From positions 37,882,001-37,946,000 of the forward strand of contig OX597818.1 in NCBI GenBank assembly GCA_951406725.2: DNA of 64,000 bases. Direction: 5' to 3'. Below, one piece after another: positions 11,993-23,697 of the stretch (positions within the stretch are counted from its first letter, which is position 1; the number at the start of each line of letters is the position of its first letter). Under the pieces are notes generated by a model. It saw only the letters and a program-made list of their open reading frames with translations, did not search any database and was not told the DNA's origin. The DNA comes from Octopus vulgaris (Eukaryota). The position numbers were made by a program, and so were the translations under genes.

Positions 11993-12525
11993 GTGAAAAA
12001 TACAAGAAGGAAAATGTACAAAATGTATATATTTTTTTATGAGATAAAATGTTTGCATAGTCAACAGGTTTCACTTTTGCTAATCATGACTAAGAAATTA
12101 GTGAAAATATTACAATTTCAAAGTGTCATTAGAAGATTTCAGCCCATGTTAGATTGCTAAGGAAAGTTGTTTTGTAAATGACATGTAAATATATACATAC
12201 ATACACACTATTTACATGCATACGTACATACATACATACATACATACATACATTTAGTGTAATTCCAAGAATGGAGGTGTTAGTATTACATTTATTCCTT
12301 CACAAGTGTAATACAAACATCTCTATTCTTGGACTTACTGTATTATACTGTGGCTGGCTACTATGTAAGTTCAATTTGTCTGGAACAGTTCCCTTTAAGG
12401 AAAACAGTCTATTTTTATGCACTCGTGTTTCTAAGTCCATTTTAATCTGCTATATATATGTGTGTGTGTGTGTGTGTGTTGTGTGTGTGGAGAGAGGGGA
12501 GTGAGAGAGAGAGAGAGAGTCTTAC

Positions 12526-12554
12526 CTGTTCAACAAAGAACTGCGAATTTTTGT
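12526..12554 (-). other. Candidate 29-nt upstream exon (5'UTR or coding, TKIRSSLLNR) of the FoxM1-like gene
   Basis: ccttttag|ACAAAAATT...GAACAG|gtaagac. The frame stays open when spliced onto the exon starting at 8691. Confidence 0.45.
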
Positions 12555-12736
12555 CTAAAAGGTGTTATATTTATAATGCATAGAATAAGAATAAGGATAT
12601 CAGACAGATACTTGAGAGAAATATATGTACTAAGAGTATTAAATATGTAACTGGTCATGATACTGAATAGAATTATTAAATTTTTTAAGCATAAAACTAA
12701 TTGTTGGAAAAGGAGTGATACTATGGATATTTCCCT

Positions 12737-13205
12737 CATTGGACACTAAACTCTGCTTGCAAAGACCTGTTGAGACAAGTGAAATCAAAATCAAATTTGA
12801 TGTCTGGCATCTGTGTTAGTGGAGTGCTAAGAGCACCATCTGAGCGTGATCGTTGCCAGAGCAACAAACTGGCTTCCAGGCTGGTGGCACGTGAAAAAAC
12901 ATTCGAGCGAGGTCGTTGCCAGTGCTGCTGAACTGGCTCCTGTGCAGGTGGCACATAAAAGGCACCATTTGAGCATGGCCGTTGCCAGTACCGCCTGATT
13001 GGCCCTCATGCCGGTGGCACGTAAAAGCACCCACTACACTCACGGAGTTGTAGGTGTTAGGAAGGGCATTCAGCTGTAGAAACTCTGCCAGATCAGATTG
13101 GAGCCTGGTGCAGCCATCTGGTTTAATAGTCCTCAGTCAAATAGTCCAACCCATGCTAGCATAGAAAGCGGATGTTACACGATGATGATGATGATGATGA
13201 TGATG
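12737..13205 (+). mobile_element. Family C: RTE-3'-end-derived non-autonomous retroelement with (GAT)n tail
   Basis: Conserved TTAGGAAGGGCATxCAGCTGTAGAAACT...CATGCTAGCAT...(GAT)n. Other copies near 4360-4685, 10440-10820, 17331-17850, 18618-18940, 23207-23490, 29417-29672, 36065-36314, 40490-40770, 43638-43822 and 59760-60130. Confidence 0.85.
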
Positions 13206-14189
13206 AACATAATATAGTTTTGTATTTTATAACTATTCAGAAGGCTAAAAGACAATCAACACAGGTGAAATTTGAACTCAGATACACTGCAAGAGAAGGC
13301 ATCTATGATAAATGTAATATTTCTAATGAGTCTCAACTACCTTTACATTTACATTGTACACTTTAAAACAAAAAACGAATTTCCCTTCTTTAATAGCTTG
13401 AGTTACTCAATAGGGAGATAGCAAGACAAAGCCATAAGCTGAAAAACCACTTCATCTAGTGAGCACTAGTAGAAGCACTGAGAAACATCTATACCAACAC
13501 ATTCATTCCCCATCACACTATAATTACAAAATGAAAAGGTTCATTATTAAACATATTTCTACTCCTCTATCCAAGAATGAAAGTAATTCATATGGCAACA
13601 AAAGACCTGGGAAAGAAACCTAATCAATACTACAAGGATAAAACAAGGACAAATACCATTAGTGAAGTTTAAAACACAACCATTTTCAACAACTTTATAC
13701 TAGAATGGCTGACTATTTATTGGTGGAAGTGTGGATAAAGAAATCCACCAGAAGTAACACAATATAGTTGGGGTTTTTTCTCTCTTTCTTTTTTACAAAC
13801 AAATGAAGCCATTTCAGAAAGAAAGTACAAAAAAGGGTATTGTTACAGCTAATCAATGATTATTCATGATCAATAAGTTAGCCTAATGATTTTCTTATTT
13901 AATTGATCTATTACCACCATCAGCAATCAAAGACTGAAAACTGAATAAAATGGAAGATTCCTATTTCACATTAGTAATTGCTTATTAAACTATTATTATA
14001 GACATAGAAAAAAACAAAAAAAATTGTTGTCTCCAAAACAACCAAGTTTCTGATCAGGACACCATTGTCATTAGTCAGTGGATCCATTAAGAAAATGATA
14101 CAATGAAGAATAGCAAGAACACAGAAACTAAGAAGGTTAGCTCCAACTGTACACATTAATACAAGTGACCAATACTACACTGAAATATT

Positions 14190-14616
14190 ACCTATTTCTT
14201 TACTACCCTCAAGAGGCTAAACACAGAGAGGATAAACAAGGACAGACAAACGGATTAAGTCGATTATATTGACCCCAGTGCGTAACTGGTACTTATTAAA
14301 TCAACCCCGATAGAATGAAAGGCAAAGTTGACTTAGTCGGAATTTGAACTCAGAGTGTAAAGACAGACGAAATACCTATTTCGTTACTACCCACAAGGGG
14401 CTAAACACAGAGAGGACAAACAAGGACAGACAAATGGATTAAGTTGATTATATTGACCCCAGTGCATAACTGGTACTTATTTAATCAACCCCGATAGAAT
14501 GAAAGGCAAAGTCAACCTTGGTGGAATTTGAACTCAGAACTTAACGGCAGACGTAAGACGAAATACCGCTAAGCATTTTACCCGGTGTGCTAACGTTTCT
14601 GCCAGCTCACCACCTT
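14190..14616 (-). mobile_element. tRNA-derived SINE family B (Nin/Deu-like central domain), partial tandem dimer
   Basis: GCCTTTCATCCTTTCGGGGTCGAT..ATAAGTACCAG-type core. TSD CTACACT(G/A)AAATATTACC. Confidence 0.85.
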
Positions 14617-15516
14617 TACACTACACTAAAATATTACCATTTAATCATCAACTTTAGTCAGGAATATTGATTAAAACTTAATATAGTCTTCATTGAATAC
14701 TTACTAGATACATTTACTAAAATGTGTATTAAGAAAAATTAAAGCATAATCATTGACAAACATCTCTTACAAAGGTGTTATGTCATTCTAGATTTCTAAG
14801 ATCAACAATGTAGCTAATATTAATTAAGAATGATAAAGTAAATAGAGAAAGACTAAGTTACAAGGTAATTATTATTGTCAGAGATAATTAACAGCTATCA
14901 GTGGTATGACAACAACAAATCTGAGAAGGTTTATTAGCAGCAAGCAAATATCACCTGCTGTATGGTATAATGATCTTTCTCATTGCTACAATCTATAAGT
15001 TTGCAGTGAGACTGTGGAGTTGAACAAATCAACATAATACGCTCTAAGAAGATGGGTTTCAGTTGTTTGAGAATAAGGATTCAGTTGTTTCATCAACTGA
15101 ATAACTTGTTCCTGGATTAACAAGTGGCAGAACATTTCATAGACGTATGTATCCTAAATGTAATTCTCAGAGAGGATTAGTATGGTACAGTGTGTATGTA
15201 CAGGAATATACTTTTTAATTATAAGTATAATCCCCCTCCCCAACCAATGGGCTTCTATATAGTTCTGTCTACCCAATTTCACTCACAAGATATGGAGCAG
15301 TTCAAATCTATAGAAAATTACATTTGCCCAACATGCCATGGTGTGGGATCAAACCTAGGCTTTTGTGGTTGCAAAGCAAACTATTTAACTGTCTGCCTAT
15401 ACTATACCTACAAAAAAATTTGAATTAAATTTTCATACAGTTCTATATTTAAGAGATGAGGAATTATGTACATTATTTATATTTGACAGATATTTGTCCT
15501 CATCTTGTTTGTTGTA

Positions 15517-15562
15517 AACACAACATTTCGGCTGATATACTCTCCAGCTTTCATCAGGTGTC
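15517..15562 (-). ncRNA. Minimal type I hammerhead ribozyme, mirror arm of family D copy 1
   Basis: Reverse complement reads GACAC CTGATGA AAGCTG GAGAGTATAT CAGCC GAAA T GTT GTGTT. Confidence 0.6.
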
Positions 15563-16014
15563 ATATTTTAGTGTAGTGTAAAGGCGTCGAGCTGGCAGAA
15601 ACGTTAGCACGCCAGACAAAATGCTTAGCGGTATTTCGTCTTTCGTCTGCCGTTATGTTCTGAGTTCAAATTCCACCAAGGTCGACATTGCCTTTCATCC
15701 TTTCGGGGTCGATTAAATAAGTAAGGTATTTTTCAATGTTGTTATTATTATTATTACTTTTATTATTCAGGTCACGGCTTGGGATCGAACTTGGAATCTT
15801 GGGGTTAGTAGCCCGTGCTCTTAACCACTACGCCATATACCCATGGGCCCACGGGCATATGGCATAGTGATTAAGAGTGTGGGCTACTAACTCCAAGATT
15901 CAGAGTTCAATTCCAGGCAGTGACCTGAATAATAATAACAATAATAATAATAATAATAATAACACCATCGAAAAATACCTTAGGAATGAGAACCCAGGTT
16001 TGAAATTTCCCCAA

Positions 16015-16060
16015 GACACCTGATGAAGGCTGGAGAGTACATCAGCTGAAACGTTGTGTT
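16015..16060 (+). ncRNA. Minimal type I hammerhead ribozyme (Penelope-like)
   Basis: GACAC-CUGAUGA-A-GGCUG(loop)CAGCU-GAAA-C-GUU-GUGUU has both catalytic boxes, stem I, stem II and a vestigial stem III. Predicted cleavage after 16055. Confidence 0.75.
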
Positions 16061-16388
16061 AACAATAAAGAAGATGAGGACAAATATCCATCAAACGTAA
16101 ATAATGTTAAATTTTCATGTTATTCATTAGTCAGTTTTCCACATTCACATTTTACAGGTAAGTAGTTTCTCCGAGTAAAAACAATAATAACAATAATAAT
16201 GGTTTCAAGTTTCAGCACAGGGCCAGCAGCTTTTGAAAGAAGTGGGCAAGTCAATTACATTGACCCCAGTGTTACACTGGTACTTATTTTATCGACCCTG
16301 AAAGGATGAAAAGCAAAGTTGACCTCAGTGAAATTTGAACCCAAAATGTAAAGACAGGTGAAATGTCACTAAGCATTTTGTCTGATGT

Positions 16389-16550
16389 AGGCGTAGGAGT
16401 GGCTGTGTGGTAAGTAGCTTGCTTACAAACCACATGGTTCTGGGTTCAGTCCCACTGCATGGCACCTTGGGCAAGTGTCTTCTACTATAGCCTCAGGCTG
16501 ACCAAAGCCTTGTGAGTGGATTTGGTAAACGGAAACTGAAAGAAGCCCGT

Positions 16551-16611
<61 letters not shown>

Positions 16612-16817
16612 ATCTTTGTGTGTCTGTGTTTGTCCTCCCAACATCGCTTGACAACCGATGCTGGTGTGTTTACGTACCCGTAATTTAGCGGTTCGGCAAA
16701 AGAGACTGATAGAATAAGTACTAGACTTACAAAGAATAAGTCCTGGGGTCAATTTGCTCGACTAAAGACAGTGCTCCAGCATGGCCACAGTCACATGACT
16801 GAAACAAGTAAAAGAGT
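16389..16817 (+). mobile_element. SINE family A inserted in an older family-B-like SINE
   Basis: Full head-to-tail match to family A. Confidence 0.9.
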
Positions 16818-17330
16818 AATTCTGCCAGTTTGCTGCCTTAACAACAACAACAAGAATAATAGTGGTTTCAAATTTTGGCACAAGGCCAGTAACATTGGGA
16901 GAAGGGGTAAGTCAATTATGTTGACCCCAGTGTTCAACTGGTACTTATTTCATCAACCCCCAAAGCATGAAAGGCCAAGCAGACCATGGTATAATTTGAA
17001 TACAAAATGTAAAGATGGATGAAATGCCACAAAACATTCTTCCCAGCTTGCTGCGTTAACGACGACAATAATAAACTTTTACAATCTCAGGAAATCTACC
17101 TCCTGTGAATTTAAATGGTTCAAGGACACACTTATATAAAACTTTAAAAAGGAAGTGAAAAGAACACACACACACACACAAAAACTTATTAATCATTAGG
17201 TGCTTCAAGAAGAAGTTATAACATATAAGAAATGTATTTATCATATATTTGATTTCAGGCGAAAAAAACATTTTTGTGGAAAACATTCTAGAGACTGATT
17301 ACAGGATTAAGAGTTTGATGATAATGAATT

Positions 17331-17850
17331 CATCATCATCATCATCGTTTAACGTCCATTTTCCATGCTAGCATGGGTTGGACGATTTGACTGAGGACTA
17401 TTAAACCAGATAGCTGCACCAGACTCCAATCTGATCTGGCAGAGTTTCTACAGCTGGATGCCCTTCCTAACACCAACCACTCCGAGTGTAGTGGGTGCCT
17501 TTACGTGCCACCAGCACAAGGGCCAGTCAGGCGGTACTGGCAACGGCCACGCTCAAATGGTGCCTTTTATGTACCACCTGCACAGGAGCCAGTCCAGCGG
17601 CACTGGCAACGACCTCGCTCGAATGTTTTTTCATTTGCCACCTGCACAAGTGCCAGTAAGGCGACACAGGTAACGATCACGCTCGAATGGTGCCACCAGC
17701 ATGGAGGCCAGCTTGTTGCTCTGGCAACAATCACGCTTGTAAGGTACTCTTAGCGCTCCACTAGCACAGATGCCAATCGTCGAATTTGATTTCAATTTCA
17801 ATTCCGATTTCACTTGCCTCAACAGGTCTTCGCAAGCAGAGTTTAGTGTC
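17331..17850 (-). mobile_element. Family C, long copy
   Basis: Reverse match to 12737-13205, sharing the same 5' start GGACACTAAACTCTGCTTGC. Confidence 0.85.
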
Positions 17851-18214
17851 CCACAAAAAAATATACTTACCAATTAATGAAATAATTGGTGAGTATACCT
17901 ATGTTAATAATTCATTTTGAAAAACACTCAAACTTAATTTCTTTTATTATCATCATCATCATCATTTTACATCTGCTTTTCCATGCTTGCATGGGTCAGG
18001 CAGAATGTGCTAAGGCAGATCTTTTACTGCTTCATGCCCTTGCTGTCACCAAAATTTATTTGTTTCCAAGCAAGGTAGTATTTCCCATGGCCAGACACAT
18101 TTTTCATGGAAGACTAGAAACAATCAATCTCACTTGTATGACAATGGTGCTCCTCTACAACCATCATGCAATGTCTAGATATGGGTAAACGGAAAACATG
18201 CACAGACACATACT

Positions 18215-18510
18215 TGTATGTATGTGTGTATGTGTGTGTGTATGTGTGTGTATGTATGTATGTATGTATGTATGTATGTATGTATGTATGTATGTATGTA
18301 TGTATGTATGTATGTATGTATGTATGTATGTATGAATGTATGTATGCATGCATGAATGTATGTATGCATGCATGAATGTATGTATGCATGCATGAATGTA
18401 TGTATGTATGCATGAATGTATGTATGCGTGCATGCATGTATGTATATGTGTGTGTGTATGTATGTATGTATATGTGTGTGTGTATGTAAGTATGTATATA
18501 CATATACATA
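18215..18510. repeat. (ATGT)n / (ATGC) compound microsatellite
   Basis: Seen directly in the sequence. Confidence 0.98.
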
Positions 18511-19183
18511 CAGAAACTCACACATGCTCACTCAAAGATTTATAAATATGTGTATGTGTGTGCGTGTCTGTATATATGTATGTATATATGTCTATGCATG
18601 CATGCATGCATACATTCATCATCATCATCATCATCATTTAACATCCGCTTTCCATGCTAGCATGGGTTGGACGATATGACTGAGGGCTGGCGAACCAGAT
18701 GGCTGCACCAGGCTCCAATCTTGATCTGGCAGAGTTTCTACAGCTGGATGCCCTTCCTAACGCCAACCACTCCAAGAGTGTAGTGGGTGCTTTTAAGTGC
18801 CACCTGCATCAGGGCCAGTCAGGCAGTACTGGCAATGGCCACGCTCAAGTGGAGTCTTTTAGGTGCCACCTGCAGAGGGGCCAATCCAGCAGCACTGGCA
18901 ACGACCTCACTCAAATGTTTTTCACATGCCACCGGTACAATGGGTTTCTTTCAATTTCACTCTATAAAATCCATTCCTAAATCTTTGGTTGGTCCAGGGT
19001 CATAGAAGGAAAAACTTGTTCAGCATGCTGAGCAGTAGGATTGAACATAGGACCACATATTTGGGAAGCAAACTTCTTAACCATACAGTCTTGTCTGCAC
19101 CCAATAAAGTAATTTTGAATTTTAAACCCATTCACATTTAAACCAGCTATATTCAGCCAATATATTCTATTCAATATATTCTA

Positions 19184-19405
19184 GGCAGCGAGATGGCAGA
19201 AACGTTAGCACGCTGGGCGAAATGCGTAGCTGTATTTCGTCTGCCGTTACGTTCTGAGTTCAAATTCCGCCGAGGTCGACTTTGCCTTTCATCCTTTCGG
19301 GATCGATAAATTAAGTACCAGTTACGCACTAGGGTCGGCGTAATCCGTTTGTCTGTCCTTATTTGTCCCCTCTGTGTGTAGCCCCTTGTGGGTAGTAAAG
19401 AAATA
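19184..19405 (+). mobile_element. SINE family B inserted in a TTAA MITE
   Basis: GGCAGCGAGATGGCAGAA head and B box GAGTTCAAATTCC. TSD AATATATTCTA. Confidence 0.85.
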
Positions 19406-19767
19406 AATATATTCTATTTGTTTTATGTTTAAAATGGCCAGGTCTGACCTCTCACACCAACCCTATTATATCGTTCTAAAAATTAACAGGTATCTCATCA
19501 AAATCTCAAAGCTACAAAATAATGCATGATTAATTCAAAGCAATGTGAATAAATAAGTATTACATTTGACAGAGAAATCTGAAATCTAGAGGATTAAACT
19601 GTAATAAATGGTCAAGAATAGATCAAAATTTGACATGCTGAGGTTTAACTGGTTCATCATCATTAGCTCACAGACATGTCTTCATCTGTTCCTCTGAGCT
19701 TGTAAACTGTACACCACCTCATGCACCAGGCTTTCCTCTTCCCATCACTTCTATTGAATCACCCATA

Positions 19768-20000
19768 CCTATTTCTTTACTACCCACAAGAGGCTAAACA
19801 CAGAGAGGACAAACAAGGACAGACAAATGGATTAAGACAATTACATCGACCCCAGTGCGTAACTGGTACTTAATTTATCGGCCCCAAAAGGATGAAAGGC
19901 AAAGCCGACCTCGGTGGAATTTGAACTCAGAACGTAACGGCAGACGAAATACCAATAAGCATTTCACCCGGCGTGCTAACGATTCTGCCAGCTCAACGCC
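19768..20000 (-). mobile_element. SINE family B
   Basis: Reverse match to the copy at 19184. Confidence 0.85.
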
Positions 20001-20514
20001 TTAATTCGGAGTTAATACCACAGTCATTTTGAAACCATAGGATTAAAGCTGAAGAAGGACAGATCTGAAATGTTAGGTTTTTTACTCTTTACAGAGCATC
20101 AATTCATCATTAATTTATATTTTTCTATAGGCATGGTTATGTGGTTAAAAAGTTTGCTTTACAACCATGTGGTTTCAGGTTCAGCCCCACTTCACAGCAC
20201 CTTGGACAAGCATCTACTTTAGCTCCTGGCCAACCAATGTCTGATGAGTGAATATGATAAATGGAAACTGTGTGGAATCTTGTTGTGTATGTGTGAGTGA
20301 GTGTTTGTCCGCCACCACTTGACAACTAGTTTTGATTTATGTCTCTGTAACAGAGCAATTTAGCAAAAGGAATTGATAAAATAAGTACCAAACTTTAAAA
20401 AAACATAAGTATTGAAGCCAATTTACCCAACTAAAAACCCTTCAAGGCCATGCCCCAGCATGGCCACGGTCCAGTCACTGAAACAAGCAAAAGAATAAAA
20501 TGCCTAGTCAAAGG

Positions 20515-20715
20515 TAACTTGAAATACTTCTTTGTTAGGTGTCTGCTGCAGCAGAGCTAACTTGGAATATATCCAAGTTAGATATCAGCTCAAACATCTG
20601 ACTGGGAACACTTCCGTACCAAATGTCTACTAGAGCAGAGCAGACTTGGAATACTTTCAAGTTAGATGTTGATTTATGCAGAGCTGGCTTGAAATACTTC
20701 TATGCAATGTCTTTT
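20515..20715. repeat. Degenerate ~43-bp tandem repeat, about 5 units
   Basis: An ACTTG(G/A)AATACTTC-like motif recurs at ~20517, 20559, 20601, 20644 and 20687. Confidence 0.65.
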
Positions 20716-20754
20716 AGACCTGTGATATTGAGACTTTTACAGTGTTATTTGTCT

Positions 20755-20983
20755 TAACTCTTTCGTTAGCAACCCGGCTGAAACCGGGCTCTGGCTCTGT
20801 AGTACAAATGTCTTACTTTCAAAAGTTTTGAATTAAAATTTTCCACCAAACCTTAGTCACAATTTTGGTTCCTAACACTAACTGAATGATAACTAAGTTA
20901 TTTTACTAAATTCTTTGTTATATTTAAAGTAAATGAAAGAAACGCAGAGCATCTCCAAATAAATACAGTAACGAAAGGGTTAA
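20755..20983. mobile_element. TTAA-flanked MITE (piggyBac-like), family 1
   Basis: TTAAC(C/T)CTTTCGTTA...TAACGAAAGGGTTAA termini. Copies at ~40980-41118 and ~47457-47749. Confidence 0.75.
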
Positions 20984-21185
20984 TGAACAGTGCTACAATG
21001 ATGTCTGTTATACTAAATGTTTGATCAAGCGAAACAATGATAACAAGCAGAAACAATAACAGTTTTAAATTTTAGAAAATAAACTAAAATGTGAATGAAA
21101 TAGTCAGCTTTAAAAAATACAAGGTACTGTATTTAATCAAATCACCATGACTAGATACCAAGAACTGAAATGGTACTTAGAATAC

Positions 21186-21696
21186 AGTTCTATATTTAAG
21201 AGAGGAGGAATTCTGTACATTATTTACATTTGACGGCTATTTGTCTTCATCTTGTTTGTTGTTAACACAATGTTTCAGTTGATATACCCTCCAGCCTTCT
21301 TCAGGTGTCTTGGAGAAATTTCAAACTTGGGTTCTCATTCCTAAGGTATTTTTCGATGTTATTATTATTAATATTGTTATTATTATTTTTATTATTATTA
21401 TTAGTGTTCAGGTCACTGCTTGGAATCAAACTTAACCACTACACCATATGCCCGTGGGCATATGACGTAGTGGTTAAGAGTGCGGGCTACTAACCCCAAG
21501 ATTCCAAGTTCGATTCCAAGCAGTGACCTGAACACTAATAATAATAATAATAATAACAATATTAATAATAATAACATCGAAAAATACCTTAGGAACGAGA
21601 ACCCAGGTTTGAATTTCCCCAAGACACCTGAAGAAGGCTGGAGGGTATATCAACTGAAACGTGTTTACAACAAACAAGATGAGGACAAATATCTAA
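21186..21696. mobile_element. Palindromic tRNA-head/hammerhead-tail retroelement (family D), copy 2
   Basis: Same architecture, with centre CATATGCCCGTGGGCATATG. 14-bp TSD GGTACTTAGAATAC at 21172-21185 and 21697-21710. Confidence 0.85.
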
Positions 21697-22196
21697 GGTA
21701 CTTAGAATACTAATGTACAATCTGGTTTTTATTCTAATATATTAAAGCCATTATTCATGGTGGGAGCCTATTACATGATCGCTATACCTACCAGAAATAG
21801 CAGCCAAATCTCCCTATCATAGCCAGCTGTCCTGACAAGAGAGGGATATATTTGATAATGTAGTCCTAGATACACAATCACTTCAAGAAGAAAGGATAGG
21901 CATGGATGGAATGCTTGTAGTCATAAGACTATTCGGCCAGAGCAGAGTTGGTGCTAAGCAAAAACAACAACAATAATCATTACTCATGAATAGAACTTCG
22001 GTCAAAGAATAGCATATGAAATAATAAAATTAAAAAAATACCAAACTGCATCTGCTTTGTCCCACTTCAAAGTAAACTGACAGCAGTTCCCTCTAACAAG
22101 TCCTGAATATAAAAGAAAGGGGAGCAAAGAAAGAGGACAGCAGAAGCAAGTCTAAACACGGTTCTCATGCACTGAGTTAGGTGATGTTAACTACAG

Positions 22197-22507
22197 TTGT
22201 TGTTATGTTTGTTCCTTCACAAGCCATGCCTGGCTCATAAGAGCTGGTTTCCCGGTTTCCTTGGCATATAGGTTCCCCACCTGGACGGGACGCCAGTCCG
22301 TCGCAGGTGAGCTGCAAGATGCAGAAGGAAAAAGTGAGAGAAAGTTGTGGTGAAAGAGTCAGCAGAGGTTCGCCATTACCTTCTGCCGGAGCCGCGTGGA
22401 GCTTAAGTATTTCGCTCATAAACACACACATTGGCCAGCCTGAGATTCAAACCCGCGATTCCTCGACCATGAGTCCGCTGCTCTAACCACTAGGCCATGT
22501 GCCTCCA
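22197..22507 (-). mobile_element. tRNA-derived SINE family E (V/Meta-like domain) with ~50-bp TSD
   Basis: Head GGAGGCACATGGCCTAGTGGTTAG, domain GCGACGGACTGGCGTCCCGTCCAGG and (ACA)n tail. A related partial copy lies at 2738-2925 (+). Confidence 0.8.
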
Positions 22508-23697
22508 CAAGTCTAAGCATGGCTCTCATCCAGTGAGTTAGGTGACGTTAACTACAGATTGACTTAGGGGCAAGATAGTATCCAAAAATAAGTATTTTTA
22601 TATAGAAATTTAAATGGGGTTGTTCTGTTGGTCCTTATTGTTCATGTATCTGTGGATCTGTAAGGAAATACAAGACAAATAAAAGCCAATATTACATAAA
22701 AATGTGAGACAGCATAAACAACCATAACTTAATCCAGAGGGAAAATGATACAACAATCAATAGGGAAGCAAATGGCTACCAGTAAATGGAATAAAGAACA
22801 GAGATATTTCTATGCCTGCACAAAATGGGGCATTGATGTGAGTAATTAATGCTTGGTATTTTATATTTATAAATAAATACAGAGTCGATGAAGTAACAAA
22901 GACTGCAGGGAATGGGAAGTAGTATAATGTTGCAGTTAGTTTTGTCCTTCTAGGTTCTCAATTAAAAATCCTGATGGGATCAATACAATAAGTAGGAGCT
23001 CATTGTATTCATTACAGCTCACACCCTTATAAAAAAAAAAAATTTGCAGTGTATTTGGTCAAAGTAATCAATACTTACAAATATATTGAAGGTGTGCCAA
23101 AGAGATTAGGGGACTGGAGAAGGGATGAAAAAAGCAGGGATTACATATGACAATAGCTTTAACAATTATATCAGACAATTATTTAATATTCTAACCAGTC
23201 ATGTAATCATCATCATCATCGTTTAACGTCCGCTTTCCATGCTAGCATGGGTTGGACGGTTCAACTGGGGTCTGGGAAGCCAGAAGGCTGCACCAGGCTC
23301 AGTCTGATCTGGCAGTGTTTCTACAGCTGGATGCCCTTCCTAACGCCAACCACTCCATGAGTGTAGTGGGTGCTTTTTACGATCGGATGGTGCTTTTTAC
23401 ATGCCACCGGCACGGAGACCAGACAAAGCTGGCAACGGCCACGGTCGGATGGTGCCTTTTACGTGTCACCGGCACGGAAGCCAGTCAAACTCGATATGGC
23501 TGACAAAAGATTTCAGTCTAATCCATCACACCCACAGAGGACCAGGTTTGATTAAAGTGTGCAGCACTTTGGACAAGCATCTTCGGCTACAGTCTTGAGT
23601 GACCAATATTATTAGAGTAGAATTTTGGAAGATGAAAACAATAAAGAAACCAATGGCTGTGTGTATGTTTATAATTATCAGTGTAATAACTGGTGCC

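Larger units (their letters stand above)
15437..16106. mobile_element. Palindromic tRNA-head/hammerhead-tail retroelement (family D), copy 1
   Basis: Inverted arms centred near 15845. A/B-box tRNA heads diverge from the centre. 12-bp TSD TTAAATTTTCAT at 15425-15436 and 16107-16118. Confidence 0.85.

Noticed and set aside
15850-15927. tRNA gene with apparent ACT anticodon (also 21455-21530)
   Set aside because: Poor acceptor and anticodon stems, and it is embedded in a repeated element with TSDs. It is a SINE-type head, not a tRNA gene.
16423-16752. Recurrent ORFs ending ...LLSVSVYQIHSQG...EDTCPRCHAVGLNPEPCG
   Set aside because: Antisense translations of SINE family A, a common source of false gene models.
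18114-18679. Cluster of H/T/Y/I and M/Y/V/C ORFs
   Set aside because: (ATGT)n microsatellite artefacts. The same applies to ORFs at 2749-3145, 5797-6086, 29177-29506 and 58823-59271.
20515-20715. CRISPR-like repeat-spacer pattern
   Set aside because: Eukaryotic context, degenerate repeats, mutually related 'spacers' and no cas genes.
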